Source: an uncultured bacterium (lineage in GTDB: Bacteria; Acidobacteriota; HRBIN11; JAKEFK01). Taken from it: a stretch of 64,000 nucleotides of DNA. Made by a program: the position numbers and the translations under genes. Below, one piece after another: positions 10,453-19,573 of this stretch. The first letter of the stretch is position 1, and the number at the start of each line of letters is the position of its first letter. The notes under the pieces were generated by a model. That model was not told the DNA's origin. It worked only from the letters and a program-made list of their open reading frames with translations, and did no database searches. Location: NCBI GenBank assembly GCA_963777505.1, contig CAVZQN010000004.1:512001-576000 (forward strand), in the 5' to 3' direction.

Positions 10453-11965
10453 TTCTTTCACCCATAAATCGTTCAAGCTGCGCAACATTTTTCAAATAAC
10501 CGATAATCGCAAGAAGTTCAACCGACCGTGATCTTGTAAGATCTTCCTGGAAATCAAGCACAATATTGTTTGTGCTCAAGCCTACATTTAATTTTTTGCG
10601 CTCGGCATCCAGCTTCTTTTCTTCTAGTACAACTGCGACTCGCGAAGATTGAATCAGTTTCAAACTGGCTTTTATGTTACGAAGAGCGGTACGTACGTTT
10701 TGAACAAGCAGAACTTTATTGTCTTGCAACAATAATTTTGTCTGATCTTCAATCAAATCCGCCCTGACATATGCTGCTTCACGTTGCTGATTTCCAATCG
10801 GTAGTTCAACAATCAAACCAACAGTCCAGGTCGGATTTTCAAACATCGTAGAAAGAGCATCACCATAATTACCCGATTCAATGCCAATGGGTTCAGGATT
10901 AAAAATGTCATCGCTGAAGATGATGCGCGGACCGCCTAATCCCGTCCACCCAAAACCTCCCGTCAAATCCAGGAGTGGTTTCATTTGATTGCGTGCTAAT
11001 TTTGTGGAAAGATCCCGGCTTTTGAGATCCATTTCGAGGGCTTCAATATCCGGATTATTATTCAGTGCTTTTTGTATTGCTTCTTCTTCTGTGATGTTTA
11101 CATCTTTGAATTCCGGTCGTTTGCCAGGCAACACAATATCTCGTTTCCAGTCAGAAACTTTTTCCCCGTAAATCAACGCGCGTAAGCGATCTTCATTGTT
11201 TTCAATCGATGTTTCTCCGGCAATGATTGCTTGTTCCCGAGTTGCTACTTCAGCTTCAGCCACAACAACTTCAAGAGGTGCCATTGTTCCAACTTCTACT
11301 TGCTTTTTATTATTTTCATAAAGATCTCGCGCATATTCTAGAGATTGCCTGAATACATCCAGTTCTGCATTTGCAAAGGCATAATCGAGATAGGCTTGGG
11401 TTACCAGCAATTCAATGTTCAGTGCACGTGTTTGCAATCTTGAATCGGATGCCAGACGGTTCGTTTTTGCAATATTAATAGGAGTCAGGCTGATCTCTCG
11501 CCCAAAGTTTCTCATTAAAGGCTGGCGAACAGTTCCAAAAAGCGAACTATCATAACGCGGGTTGAATGAAGTGAAAAGCTGATTCGTTTCAAAGCGGGCA
11601 CTGTTAAAAACGACGCTGTACGAAGTACTTGTTGGAAGCAGGTGATCGAGTCGTACATTGTAGTTTAAGTTCTTGTTTGCAAGTGTTCCTTCTCCCGACA
11701 GACGTGACCCTGTTGGTATATCTGCATCTTCATTCGATAAATTGGCTTGAAACAATGGTTCAAACCGTCCAGCTTCCTCAAGGACTAGAGTGTCATCAAT
11801 CTCTGGATTGAGCCTTTCCGCTTTCAACCCTAAATTGTTTTCCAGCGCCAGGTCGATCGCTTGTTGAAGCGTCAAAACATCACTACTAGCTGGAGGCTGA
11901 GCTTCCTGGGCGTGAACAGTTGGAAAAATGAAAACCAGACTTAACAATAACAAACACAATCTCAT
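10424..11965 (-). CDS. TolC-family outer membrane efflux protein
   Basis: Signal peptide, LTLQQAIDLALENN, VRQPL, VGTMAPLEV, two-repeat OEP pattern. Confidence 0.88.
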   Translation of the reverse strand: MRLCLLLLSLVFIFPTVHAQEAQPPASSDVLTLQQAIDLALENNLGLKAERLNPEIDDTLVLEEAGRFEPLFQANLSNEDADIPTGSRLSGEGTLANKNLNYNVRLDHLLPTSTSYSVVFNSARFETNQLFTSFNPRYDSSLFGTVRQPLMRNFGREISLTPINIAKTNRLASDSRLQTRALNIELLVTQAYLDYAFANAELDVFRQSLEYARDLYENNKKQVEVGTMAPLEVVVAEAEVATREQAIIAGETSIENNEDRLRALIYGEKVSDWKRDIVLPGKRPEFKDVNITEEEAIQKALNNNPDIEALEMDLKSRDLSTKLARNQMKPLLDLTGGFGWTGLGGPRIIFSDDIFNPEPIGIESGNYGDALSTMFENPTWTVGLIVELPIGNQQREAAYVRADLIEDQTKLLLQDNKVLLVQNVRTALRNIKASLKLIQSSRVAVVLEEKKLDAERKKLNVGLSTNNIVLDFQEDLTRSRSVELLAIIGYLKNVAQLERFMGERITLQGSVQN

Positions 11966-12005
11966 ACAACTCTCCCAAGCAAATGCATAGTTCTGTTTAA
12001 AGACA

Positions 12006-12030
12006 TACGTTTACAGACAAATTCGGTTCC
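12006..12030 (-). promoter_or_regulatory. Putative ECF sigma promoter for the TolC gene
   Basis: GGAAC-N16-CGTA on the minus strand, about 40 nt upstream of the start codon. Confidence 0.4.
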
Positions 12031-12141
12031 TGAGGCCATTATGCCCCGGGCAGAATACAATACAATGAGGTTTCTTATTATAAATAAAGCTTTCGAGGTG
12101 TGCATCCTCGAAGTTGCAACAAATTGTAAAGGTGATCCTCT

Positions 12142-12894
12142 TTGCGCTATAAAATCCTGATCGCTTACGACGGCACTGATTTCTATGGCTGGCAAGAGCA
12201 AGTGAATTTTCCAACCATTCAATCGAAAATTCAAGAGTCTCTTGTACAAATTTCTGGACAACGGATCGGAGTGACCGGAGCCGGACGAACGGACAGTGGA
12301 GTGCACGCTATTGAACAGGTAGCCCATTTCAATTGGGATCATCATCTCCCCGCTGAACGGTTGATTCTGGCAATGAACGCAATTCTCCCAGAAAGCATCC
12401 GTATCGTCGCTATATCTGAAGTGGCTGAGAATTTTCATGCACGATATGATGCCCGTTCGAAATCGTATCTCTATCGAATCGATCGTAATTATATCTATAA
12501 CCCATTCCATTATAGATATGCGTTGCATTATTCGCGCCAGCTTAACCTCGACTTGCTCCAGGAGTGCGTACATCAGTTGGAAGGAGAACATGATTTCAAA
12601 GCTTTTCAAGCAACAGGGACTGAACTGTTAACGACGGTTCGAACGATTTTTAAAGTCGAAGCATTTTCAGCACCTGCCGATAATTTCACCGAGTGGCCCT
12701 TTCTTTACATCCGTTTTCAAGCAACAGGCTTTCTTCGAAAAATGGTTCGATTTATGGTCGGCACTCTTCTTCAGATTGCAGCCGGAAAACGTGACCCTGA
12801 AGATATAAAAAAAGCATTGGAAACAGGAGACCGTAAATTCGTCGGCGTGCCAGCTCCAGCCCGCGGATTGTTTCTGGAAAAAGTGGTGTATTAA
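12142..12894 (+). CDS. truA: tRNA pseudouridine(38-40) synthase
   Basis: YDGTDFYGWQ, AGRTDSGVHA, FHARY, GFLRKMVR. Confidence 0.96.
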   Translation: MRYKILIAYDGTDFYGWQEQVNFPTIQSKIQESLVQISGQRIGVTGAGRTDSGVHAIEQVAHFNWDHHLPAERLILAMNAILPESIRIVAISEVAENFHARYDARSKSYLYRIDRNYIYNPFHYRYALHYSRQLNLDLLQECVHQLEGEHDFKAFQATGTELLTTVRTIFKVEAFSAPADNFTEWPFLYIRFQATGFLRKMVRFMVGTLLQIAAGKRDPEDIKKALETGDRKFVGVPAPARGLFLEKVVY

Positions 12895-12901
12895 TTTGTT
12901 T

Positions 12902-12950
12902 GTAGTAAGGCACGCAGGTCGACCGCATTTATGCGGTCGAGCAGTGCCGT
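12902..12950 (+). repeat. REP-like family A copy with a different inner hairpin
   Basis: GTAGTAAGGCACGCAG-g-TCGACCGCAT-tt-ATGCGGTCGA-GCAGTGCCGT. Confidence 0.75.
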
Positions 12951-12960
12951 AAGGATCAGA

Positions 12961-13312
12961 ATGTCTAGTCAGCATTCGAGCTATTTAGCCTGTGTTTTCT
13001 TTCTTATGTTTTCAGCTTGTTCCCCACATGATCCCAATGCACCAAGCATTGAAACGCTTAAGTTCGTTGGTGGGCGAGCAAGCGACACGTGAAAGAGTAG
13101 AGGAAGTTCTTGGGAAGAGTTACATTTGGTATGAAAGAAACACTACGAGCTGGACTTCGTTCGAGTCAGCCGGCACCGCAGTACCTGAGCGGGTGCGGAT
13201 AGCTTCAAACAAATATTCGAAACTAATGGCATACACAACCATGTGGCAGCAAACATGGATTTTTCTGAATGATGACGATGTAATGCAAGACTATATAATC
13301 TCAAGCCAGTGA
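12961..13312 (+). CDS. Putative small lipoprotein, split by a +1 frameshift near 13060
   Basis: ATG 12961 reads MSSQHSSYLACVFFLMFSAC (lipobox-like); the second frame continues LVGEQATRERVEEVLG... Confidence 0.45.
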
Positions 13313-13443
13313 TGCTGCGGCTTTATCCTTTACATGATTAGCCCGGAATCCGAAACTCGAATATCTAAATTCGAAACAAATTCAAAAACTCAAATTCAAT
13401 ATCGGTCATTTCTTAGTATCCATAGGGAACAGTTTAATCTGTA

Positions 13444-13472
13444 TTGACATGTGTCACGTGACACATTACACT
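13444..13472 (+). promoter_or_regulatory. sigma70 promoter of higBA with a palindromic operator in the spacer
   Basis: TTGACA-N17-TACACT; perfect 18-bp palindrome ATGTGTCACGTGACACAT at 13449-13466. Confidence 0.85.
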
Positions 13473-13477
13473 CAGAT

Positions 13478-13759
13478 GTGATTAGAACTTTTGCGGACAA
13501 ACGAACGCTGGAGTTGTATCAGACAGGAAGGTCGAAAAGGGTTCCTTCTGAAATACGAAAGAGAGCCGTGCGAAAGCTCGAGTATATCAACTTGGCAGTG
13601 CGCCTGGATGACTTGGCAGTTCCGCCGAGCAACCGGCTTCACAAATTGAAAGAAGATCGTGAGGGACAGTATTCAATTTCCGTAAATGATCAATGGCGAA
13701 TTTGTTTCAGATTTGTGGATGGCGACGCTTTTGATGTTGAGCTAGCGGATTATCATTGA
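13478..13759 (+). CDS. higB: HigB-family (RelE/ParE superfamily) toxin
   Basis: IRTFADK, PPSNRLHKLK, YSISVNDQWRICFRF, DYH terminus. Confidence 0.92.
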   Translation: MIRTFADKRTLELYQTGRSKRVPSEIRKRAVRKLEYINLAVRLDDLAVPPSNRLHKLKEDREGQYSISVNDQWRICFRFVDGDAFDVELADYH

Positions 13760-13767
13760 GGTGTGAA

Positions 13768-14082
13768 ATGAGTATTTCCATTCCAAAAGAAAGATCGATT
13801 TGTCCGACCCACCCAGGAGAGATGCTGCGCGAAGATTTCTTACCGGATTACGGTTTGACCATCGCGACTTTTGCCAAAAAGATTGGCGTGTCACGTCAAA
13901 CTGTCAACGATTTAATCCGAGAACGGCGAGCGGTGAGTCCTGAGATGGCTTTGTTGCTTTCACGATTATTCGGTAATAGCGCCCAGTTCTGGCTGAATGC
14001 GCAAAGTGCCTTTGATCTTTGGAAAGCGGCAAAAAGTATTAAGCGTAAAATCAATCGGATTTCACCATTAAATGCCGCCTGA
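13768..14082 (+). CDS. higA: HigA-family antitoxin
   Basis: PTHPGEMLREDFL, HTH GVSRQTV, FWLNAQ. Confidence 0.92.
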   Translation: MSISIPKERSICPTHPGEMLREDFLPDYGLTIATFAKKIGVSRQTVNDLIRERRAVSPEMALLLSRLFGNSAQFWLNAQSAFDLWKAAKSIKRKINRISPLNAA

Positions 14083-14113
14083 ATCAAAATTCTGCGAAGA
14101 GCAGGATAATAGG

Positions 14114-14153
14114 AACGGCACTGCCTCGCATTCGCTCGGCTGCGTGCCTTACT
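14114..14153 (-). repeat. REP-like family A copy (minus strand)
   Basis: Reverse complement TAGTAAGGCACGCAGCCGAGCGAATGCGAGGCAGTGCCGTT matches the copy at 75-115. Confidence 0.8.
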
Positions 14154-14158
14154 AAAAA

Positions 14159-15613
14159 TCAGTTTGAAATTGCCTTTAAATATGCGTAATAAAACTGGAT
14201 TGCTTTTGCATGAGCTTCGATTCCAATCTGTTCGTTTGTTCCATGGACTGTGTCTACATCTTCATCGTTGAGTTCGACCGGAAGGAACCGGTATACGTTT
14301 TTGGATAACCCCGTAAAATATCTCGCGTCAGTTGCTCCCAAAACGAGGGTTGGAGCTGCGAGTGCTTGCGGAAACACACCACGGATTGTTGCTAAAAGCG
14401 TACGGTACGCATTCGATGTAACATCAGATTCAGGGGAAGGTTCTAGTGCAGTTTTTGTATTGATTTGAACCCGCTGATCATTGACTACGCTTCGAACGTG
14501 ATCAACGACTGATGCAACGGAATCTCCTGGAAGAATTCGAAAATTAATTGTTGCGCGAGCTTCGGTTGCAAGCACATTATCCTTTGGACTTGCTTGAAGC
14601 ATCGTTGGAGCTGTCGTTGTTCGCACAAAAGCATTCGTCTTTGAATCTTTTTGCAATGTTGATAAAACAACCGGCTTGAACATCCAGAGGTTCGCAAAAA
14701 TTAATCTGTACTTGAATGACATTTCAGGTGCAAAAGAATCAAACATAGATGCGACAGGACCTTCCAGTCGTGCAGGCATTTGATTTTTCTCAAGTTTTAC
14801 AATCGCTTCTGACAAAATTCCAACGGCAGTATTTGCAGGAGGCATCGAACTATGACCTCCTTCACTCTTTGCTTTTATTTCGAGCGTCAAATAGCCCTTT
14901 TCTGCAATTCCAATTAATGCTTTCGGCTGAAGTAAACCTGCAATTTCAGCATTCATAATTGCAAGGCCTTCATCTAAAACAGATTCCAGTTCCACTCCAC
15001 GTGATTTCAACAACGATGCAGTCGCAATTGCACCTGTTCCTCCCACTTCTTCATCATGACCAAATGCAAAGTAGAGTGATCGTTGAGGTGTGTAACCTTC
15101 CTGCGCGAGTAATTCCACAGCATCAAGGATGGCAGTTAATGAACTTTTATCATCCAGCGTTCCACGTCCGTAAATTCTTCCATCGACAACTTTCCCATCA
15201 AACGGCGGCTGTTTCCAAAGCTTTTCTGTTCCTGGTTCAACAGGAACTACATCTTGATGCGCCATAACTAATGCCGGCTTAAGTGCAGTGTTCTTGCCTT
15301 GCCATTGATACAACAAACTGTAACTGTCCACTTTTTCTTTTTTCAGAAGCGAGTGCATTGCCGGATATGTCATTTCGATATAAGCGTGCATTTTTTCAAA
15401 TTCAGAATTGCTAACGTCAGAATTTGTCTCATACGAGATCGTTCTAAATTGAATCATTTTTGAAAGCCGCTCTGCTGCGGAAGAATTTTCAATTCGAGGT
15501 AAGGTCAACGCCTTTATTGATTCTCTGTCAGCACGGATCGACATCGCTTTTGAAGCTAAAATCGCACTTAATGCCGCAATTAAAAAAAGAACAATTCCTA
15601 TAGCCTTTTTCAT
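14159..15613 (-). CDS. M20 peptidase (carboxypeptidase S / PM20D1-like), N-terminal membrane anchor
   Basis: AHQDVVP, GRGTLDDK, GHDEE, LDEG, GGHSSMPP, HGTNE. Confidence 0.88.
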   Translation of the reverse strand: MKKAIGIVLFLIAALSAILASKAMSIRADRESIKALTLPRIENSSAAERLSKMIQFRTISYETNSDVSNSEFEKMHAYIEMTYPAMHSLLKKEKVDSYSLLYQWQGKNTALKPALVMAHQDVVPVEPGTEKLWKQPPFDGKVVDGRIYGRGTLDDKSSLTAILDAVELLAQEGYTPQRSLYFAFGHDEEVGGTGAIATASLLKSRGVELESVLDEGLAIMNAEIAGLLQPKALIGIAEKGYLTLEIKAKSEGGHSSMPPANTAVGILSEAIVKLEKNQMPARLEGPVASMFDSFAPEMSFKYRLIFANLWMFKPVVLSTLQKDSKTNAFVRTTTAPTMLQASPKDNVLATEARATINFRILPGDSVASVVDHVRSVVNDQRVQINTKTALEPSPESDVTSNAYRTLLATIRGVFPQALAAPTLVLGATDARYFTGLSKNVYRFLPVELNDEDVDTVHGTNEQIGIEAHAKAIQFYYAYLKAISN

Positions 15614-15645
15614 TTGTCTGGCATAATTCTACTTCTTGATCTAAT

Positions 15646-16707
15646 GTGATGAAACGGATGAAGAAGATTTTGTATGCCTTGCTGGGTCTGATTGTTTTAG
15701 GCATTGCTGCCTATAAAATCATCGATTCAATAATCTCCGCTCCTGCATATTCAGGCCCCAAGGCTGATCATTTCGATGGAGTCCAATTCAAGAATTTAGC
15801 ACCGGGCGGTCCGAAAGGATTTCTCGACATTGTGAAATGGCGTTTAACAAAAGACGAAGGCCCATGGCCGGAATGGGAGAACGCAGAGCCTGGCCCGCCA
15901 CCACCTGAAAGAGTAAAAGCCGGAGATCTGCGGATAACGTTTGTAAATCATTCTACGTTTTTAGTTCAAATAGATGGGTTGAATATCCTCACTGATCCTA
16001 TCTGGTCAGAACGAGCAAGTCCGGTTTCCTGGGCAGGACCTAAAAGAGTTCGCCCACCTGGAATTCGATATGAAGATCTTCCACCGATTGATTATGTACT
16101 TGTCTCGCATAATCACTACGATCATCTTGATCTTCCTACTTTGAAAAAACTTTCGTTAGAACATATCCCGGCTATTTTTTCAGGACTTGGAAACAAACTT
16201 TTGCTTGAAAAAGAAAAGATCACCGGCGGTTCTGAAATGGATTGGTGGGAAAGTATTGAACTAAAAAACGGAGTGCGTCTAATCTGCGTGCCAGCACAAC
16301 ATTGGTCAGGACGTGGAAGTAGAGACCGGTTAAAGACGCTCTGGTGCGGATTCGTGATTCAGAGTCGTTCAAAAACAGTTTATTTTGCGGGATGCACAGG
16401 TTTCGGACCTCACTTCGAACTAATTGCATCAAAGACAGGCCCCATTCATGTATCAATGATTCCGATCGGAGCATTCCGTCCGCGTTGGTTTATGGAATCC
16501 TCTCATCTCTCACCATCCGATGCGATCAAGGCTCATGAAAAACTGAAATCCAAACACAGCATTGCAATCCATTTTGGTACTTTCCATCTCGGTGATGATG
16601 GATATTCAGAACCGGTTGATCTTCTGAAACAAGAACTCGCAAAGTCAGGCAGACAGTTGCAGTCGTCTTTCCACATATTAGATTTTGGTCAGGGCAAGAA
16701 TTTCTAG
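15646..16707 (+). CDS. MBL-fold hydrolase, NAPE-PLD/RomA-like
   Basis: DHFDG..F.N, LTDPIWSERASP, SHNHYDHLD, PAQHWSGR, PIGAF.PRWFM, IHFGTF. Confidence 0.88.
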   Translation: MMKRMKKILYALLGLIVLGIAAYKIIDSIISAPAYSGPKADHFDGVQFKNLAPGGPKGFLDIVKWRLTKDEGPWPEWENAEPGPPPPERVKAGDLRITFVNHSTFLVQIDGLNILTDPIWSERASPVSWAGPKRVRPPGIRYEDLPPIDYVLVSHNHYDHLDLPTLKKLSLEHIPAIFSGLGNKLLLEKEKITGGSEMDWWESIELKNGVRLICVPAQHWSGRGSRDRLKTLWCGFVIQSRSKTVYFAGCTGFGPHFELIASKTGPIHVSMIPIGAFRPRWFMESSHLSPSDAIKAHEKLKSKHSIAIHFGTFHLGDDGYSEPVDLLKQELAKSGRQLQSSFHILDFGQGKNF

Positions 16708-16770
16708 CTCAACCGCAAAGACGCCAAGTCGTGATATTATCCCAAATGGTTCAACCCAACCCATTTAGCC

Positions 16771-17547
16771 ATGTCAAATATACCCCCGGCCGACGAATTG
16801 TATAGAAAGATTGACACGTCCAGGTTACCCATGCACGTTGCGGTAATCATGGATGGCAATGGCCGCTGGGCGAAGAAACGAAGCCTGCCAAGAGTCAGCG
16901 GGCATCGAGAGGGAATTAAATCCGTCCGCGAAATTGTTACGACATCGGCTGAGATGAATCTAAAAGTCTTAACGCTTTATGCATTTTCCGTGGAGAACTG
17001 GAAAAGACCGCGAACCGAAATCAATACTTTGATGCGTCTGCTGCGACAGTATTTACGCAGAGAGCTTAAGACTATGATGAAAAACAATATACGTTTTCAA
17101 GCGATTGGCCGATGGCGCGAACTGGATGAAAAAGTCGTAGAGGACCTTGAATGGGCAGCGGCGGAAACACGATTTAACACGGGGCTCATTTTCAATATTG
17201 CTCTCAATTACGGTGGGCGCACCGAACTTGTGGATAGTTTCAGGGAAATTTATAGAGAACTTGCAGGGAATGGCCGCGATCCCGATCGGATTACTGAAGA
17301 GACCATCAGCCAGCATCTTTATACTTCCGGCCAGCCCGATCCGGATCTTTTAATCCGCACAAGCGGCGAACTTCGAATTAGTAATTTTTTATTATGGCAA
17401 ATTGCTTATGCAGAAATTTGGGTTACTGAAGTTCTCTGGCCTGACTTCAGAAAACAGCATTTGTATGAAGCAATCATTGATTTTCAGAAACGTGAGCGCC
17501 GGTACGGCGGAATCACAAGAACGGTTAACGCCGAAATACCTGAATGA
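16771..17547 (+). CDS. uppS: Undecaprenyl diphosphate synthase
   Basis: HVAVIMDGNGRWA, YAFSVENWKRP, IRTSGELRISNFLLWQ. Confidence 0.96.
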   Translation: MSNIPPADELYRKIDTSRLPMHVAVIMDGNGRWAKKRSLPRVSGHREGIKSVREIVTTSAEMNLKVLTLYAFSVENWKRPRTEINTLMRLLRQYLRRELKTMMKNNIRFQAIGRWRELDEKVVEDLEWAAAETRFNTGLIFNIALNYGGRTELVDSFREIYRELAGNGRDPDRITEETISQHLYTSGQPDPDLLIRTSGELRISNFLLWQIAYAEIWVTEVLWPDFRKQHLYEAIIDFQKRERRYGGITRTVNAEIPE

Positions 17548-18347
17548 CCCGCATCATTACTGCCCTGATCGGCATTCCTATCCTTCTTTATCTAATCCTC
17601 TATGCTCCTGTAATTGCCTTCATAATCGTTGCATTTCTTGCAATGCTCCTGTGTTTGTACGAATTTTTCACGTTGAGTTCAGTGCAGAAAGTTCCGCTTC
17701 TTGCAGCAACCGGTTACATTTTTGGATCGCTCATTTTCCTGTCTTTTTATTTTCGTACAGTTAATATCCCTTTGATTTTTCCGGTTGGAGCATTGCTTTG
17801 TTTGGTCGCAGCGCTCCTTTCACGAATTAATTTTGATCGAGCACTTCCGGCAACTGCTTCAGCTCTTTTTGGCGCATGGTATGTTGGCGGACTTTTGGGT
17901 TATGTCATTGCAATCCGTTTAATCGAGCCTTCCGGGAAAGTTGGTGCAAGTCTTTTGATCATGCTTTTCGTAATCATTTGGGCAGGCGACTCCTTTGCGT
18001 ATTTCATTGGGAAAAAATTTGGACGTCATTCGCTAAGCGTTGTCAGTCCGAATAAAACAATCGAAGGCTCAATCGGCGGTTTAATCTTTAGTATGGTCTC
18101 CGCAGTCCTCGTAAAGTTTCTCTTATTGCCCGAGCTTTCGGTGATACATGCTATTGTGCTTGGAGGGATTGTAGGCGTTATGGGACAAATTGGAGATTTG
18201 GCGGAATCACTTTTGAAGCGGTCCGCGAATGTGAAGGATTCTGGGTCAATTTTGCCTGGACATGGCGGAATGCTCGACCGTCTGGACAGTTTGTTATTTG
18301 GCGCACCGGCAATGTATTATTACGTGTACCTCGTGCTTTATCGATGA
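17544..18347 (+). CDS. cdsA: Phosphatidate cytidylyltransferase
   Basis: SPNKTIEG, GDLAESLLKR, KDSG.ILPGHGGMLDRLDS. Confidence 0.95.
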   Translation: MTRIITALIGIPILLYLILYAPVIAFIIVAFLAMLLCLYEFFTLSSVQKVPLLAATGYIFGSLIFLSFYFRTVNIPLIFPVGALLCLVAALLSRINFDRALPATASALFGAWYVGGLLGYVIAIRLIEPSGKVGASLLIMLFVIIWAGDSFAYFIGKKFGRHSLSVVSPNKTIEGSIGGLIFSMVSAVLVKFLLLPELSVIHAIVLGGIVGVMGQIGDLAESLLKRSANVKDSGSILPGHGGMLDRLDSLLFGAPAMYYYVYLVLYR

Positions 18348-19511
18348 AAAGAGTCGCTATCCTCGGTTCGACTGGATCTGTCGGCGTTAATACTCTCGAA
18401 GTAATGCGCCACTTTCCTGGCCGTTTTCAGGTAACAGGTCTAGGCGCCGGCCGCAATATTGATCTCCTTCGTGAACAGGCTCTCGAATTCCGCCCGAAAA
18501 AAGTATCTGTTGCAGAACCTTCTTTGGCAGAGCAACTGCAGCGTGACTTGAAATCCGAAGGGATCGAAGTTGGTTGTGGAGAAGCAGGCCTGAACGAAAT
18601 CAGCTCGGATTCAGAAACGGATCTCGTTGTTTCTGCAATGGTAGGAGCTGCTGGATTCATTCCAACTTTGCGCGCGATTTCTTGCGGCAAAGATGTTGCA
18701 CTTGCCAACAAAGAAACTCTTGTCGTTGCAGGTCCAATCATTGCGGGGGAAGCTGCTAAAAAGAATGCGCGGCTTCTGCCAATTGACAGTGAACATTCTG
18801 CCATATGGCAGTGCCTCGAAGGCCAGCGAAAAGAAGCTGTTCGTAAGCTAATCTTAACTGCTTCCGGCGGACCCTTCTTGCGTCGAGATATTTCCAGCTT
18901 TGAATCGATTACGATCGATGAAGCTCTCGATCATCCAAACTGGCGGATGGGGAAAGAAAATTACGATTGACTCCGCAACATTAATGAACAAAGGACTGGA
19001 AATGATCGAAGCACACTATTTGTTTGATGAACCAGCATCAAAATTGGACGTCATTATTCATCCGCAAAGTGTCGTACATTCTATGGTCGAATTTGTGGAT
19101 GGTTCTGTTATTGCTCAAATGGGTACGGCCGATATGAGGATTCCGATTCAACTTGCTTTGACATATCCGGAACGGTGGGAAAATAGTTGGCCTTCCATTA
19201 ACCTCCGGCAAATTGGATCTCTTGAGTTTTATGAACCCGATCTGCAGAAATTTCCATGCTTGAAACTCGCTAAGGATGCCCTCGATCTGGGCGGAAGTAT
19301 GACGGCTGTATTGAATGCTGCCAATGAAGTTGCAGTAGAAAGCTTTCTTGCTGGTAAAATTCCTTTTTCTTTAATACCTCACGTCGTTCAATCTACGATG
19401 GAAAAGCATGAAACACGAGCGAATCCGGGAATGGAAGATGTTTTGGAAGCAGATCGCTGGGCCCGCGAAAGAGCAAATCGATCCGTTGCACAGATGGTGC
19501 ATTCTCGTTAA
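18344..19511 (+). CDS. dxr: 1-deoxy-D-xylulose-5-phosphate reductoisomerase; frameshift in the G run at 18949-18952, probably an assembly error
   Basis: LGSTGSVG, LANKE, PIDSEH, HPNWRMG / KKITIDSATLMNKGLE, NAANE. Confidence 0.93.
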
Positions 19512-19573
19512 CTTTATTGAAAAGTGGGAGATCTGAAGCGCAGAAATATTCGTTATATAGAGAGTAATTAAAT

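Noticed and set aside
11962-12609. 215-aa minus-strand ORF and other long antisense ORFs (1783-2313, 46017-46397, 60380-60955)
   Set aside because: They are shadows of well-supported genes on the opposite strand and have no recognisable motifs
13350-13400. Low-complexity heptamer-like tracts (also 29284-29312, 37741-37770, 62208-62240) as ncRNA genes
   Set aside because: Degenerate short tandem repeats with no RNA family fold I can recognise
18344-19511. dxr as a pseudogene or programmed frameshift
   Set aside because: One extra G in a homopolymer with both halves conserved; the same pattern occurs in many unrelated genes, so assembly error is more likely
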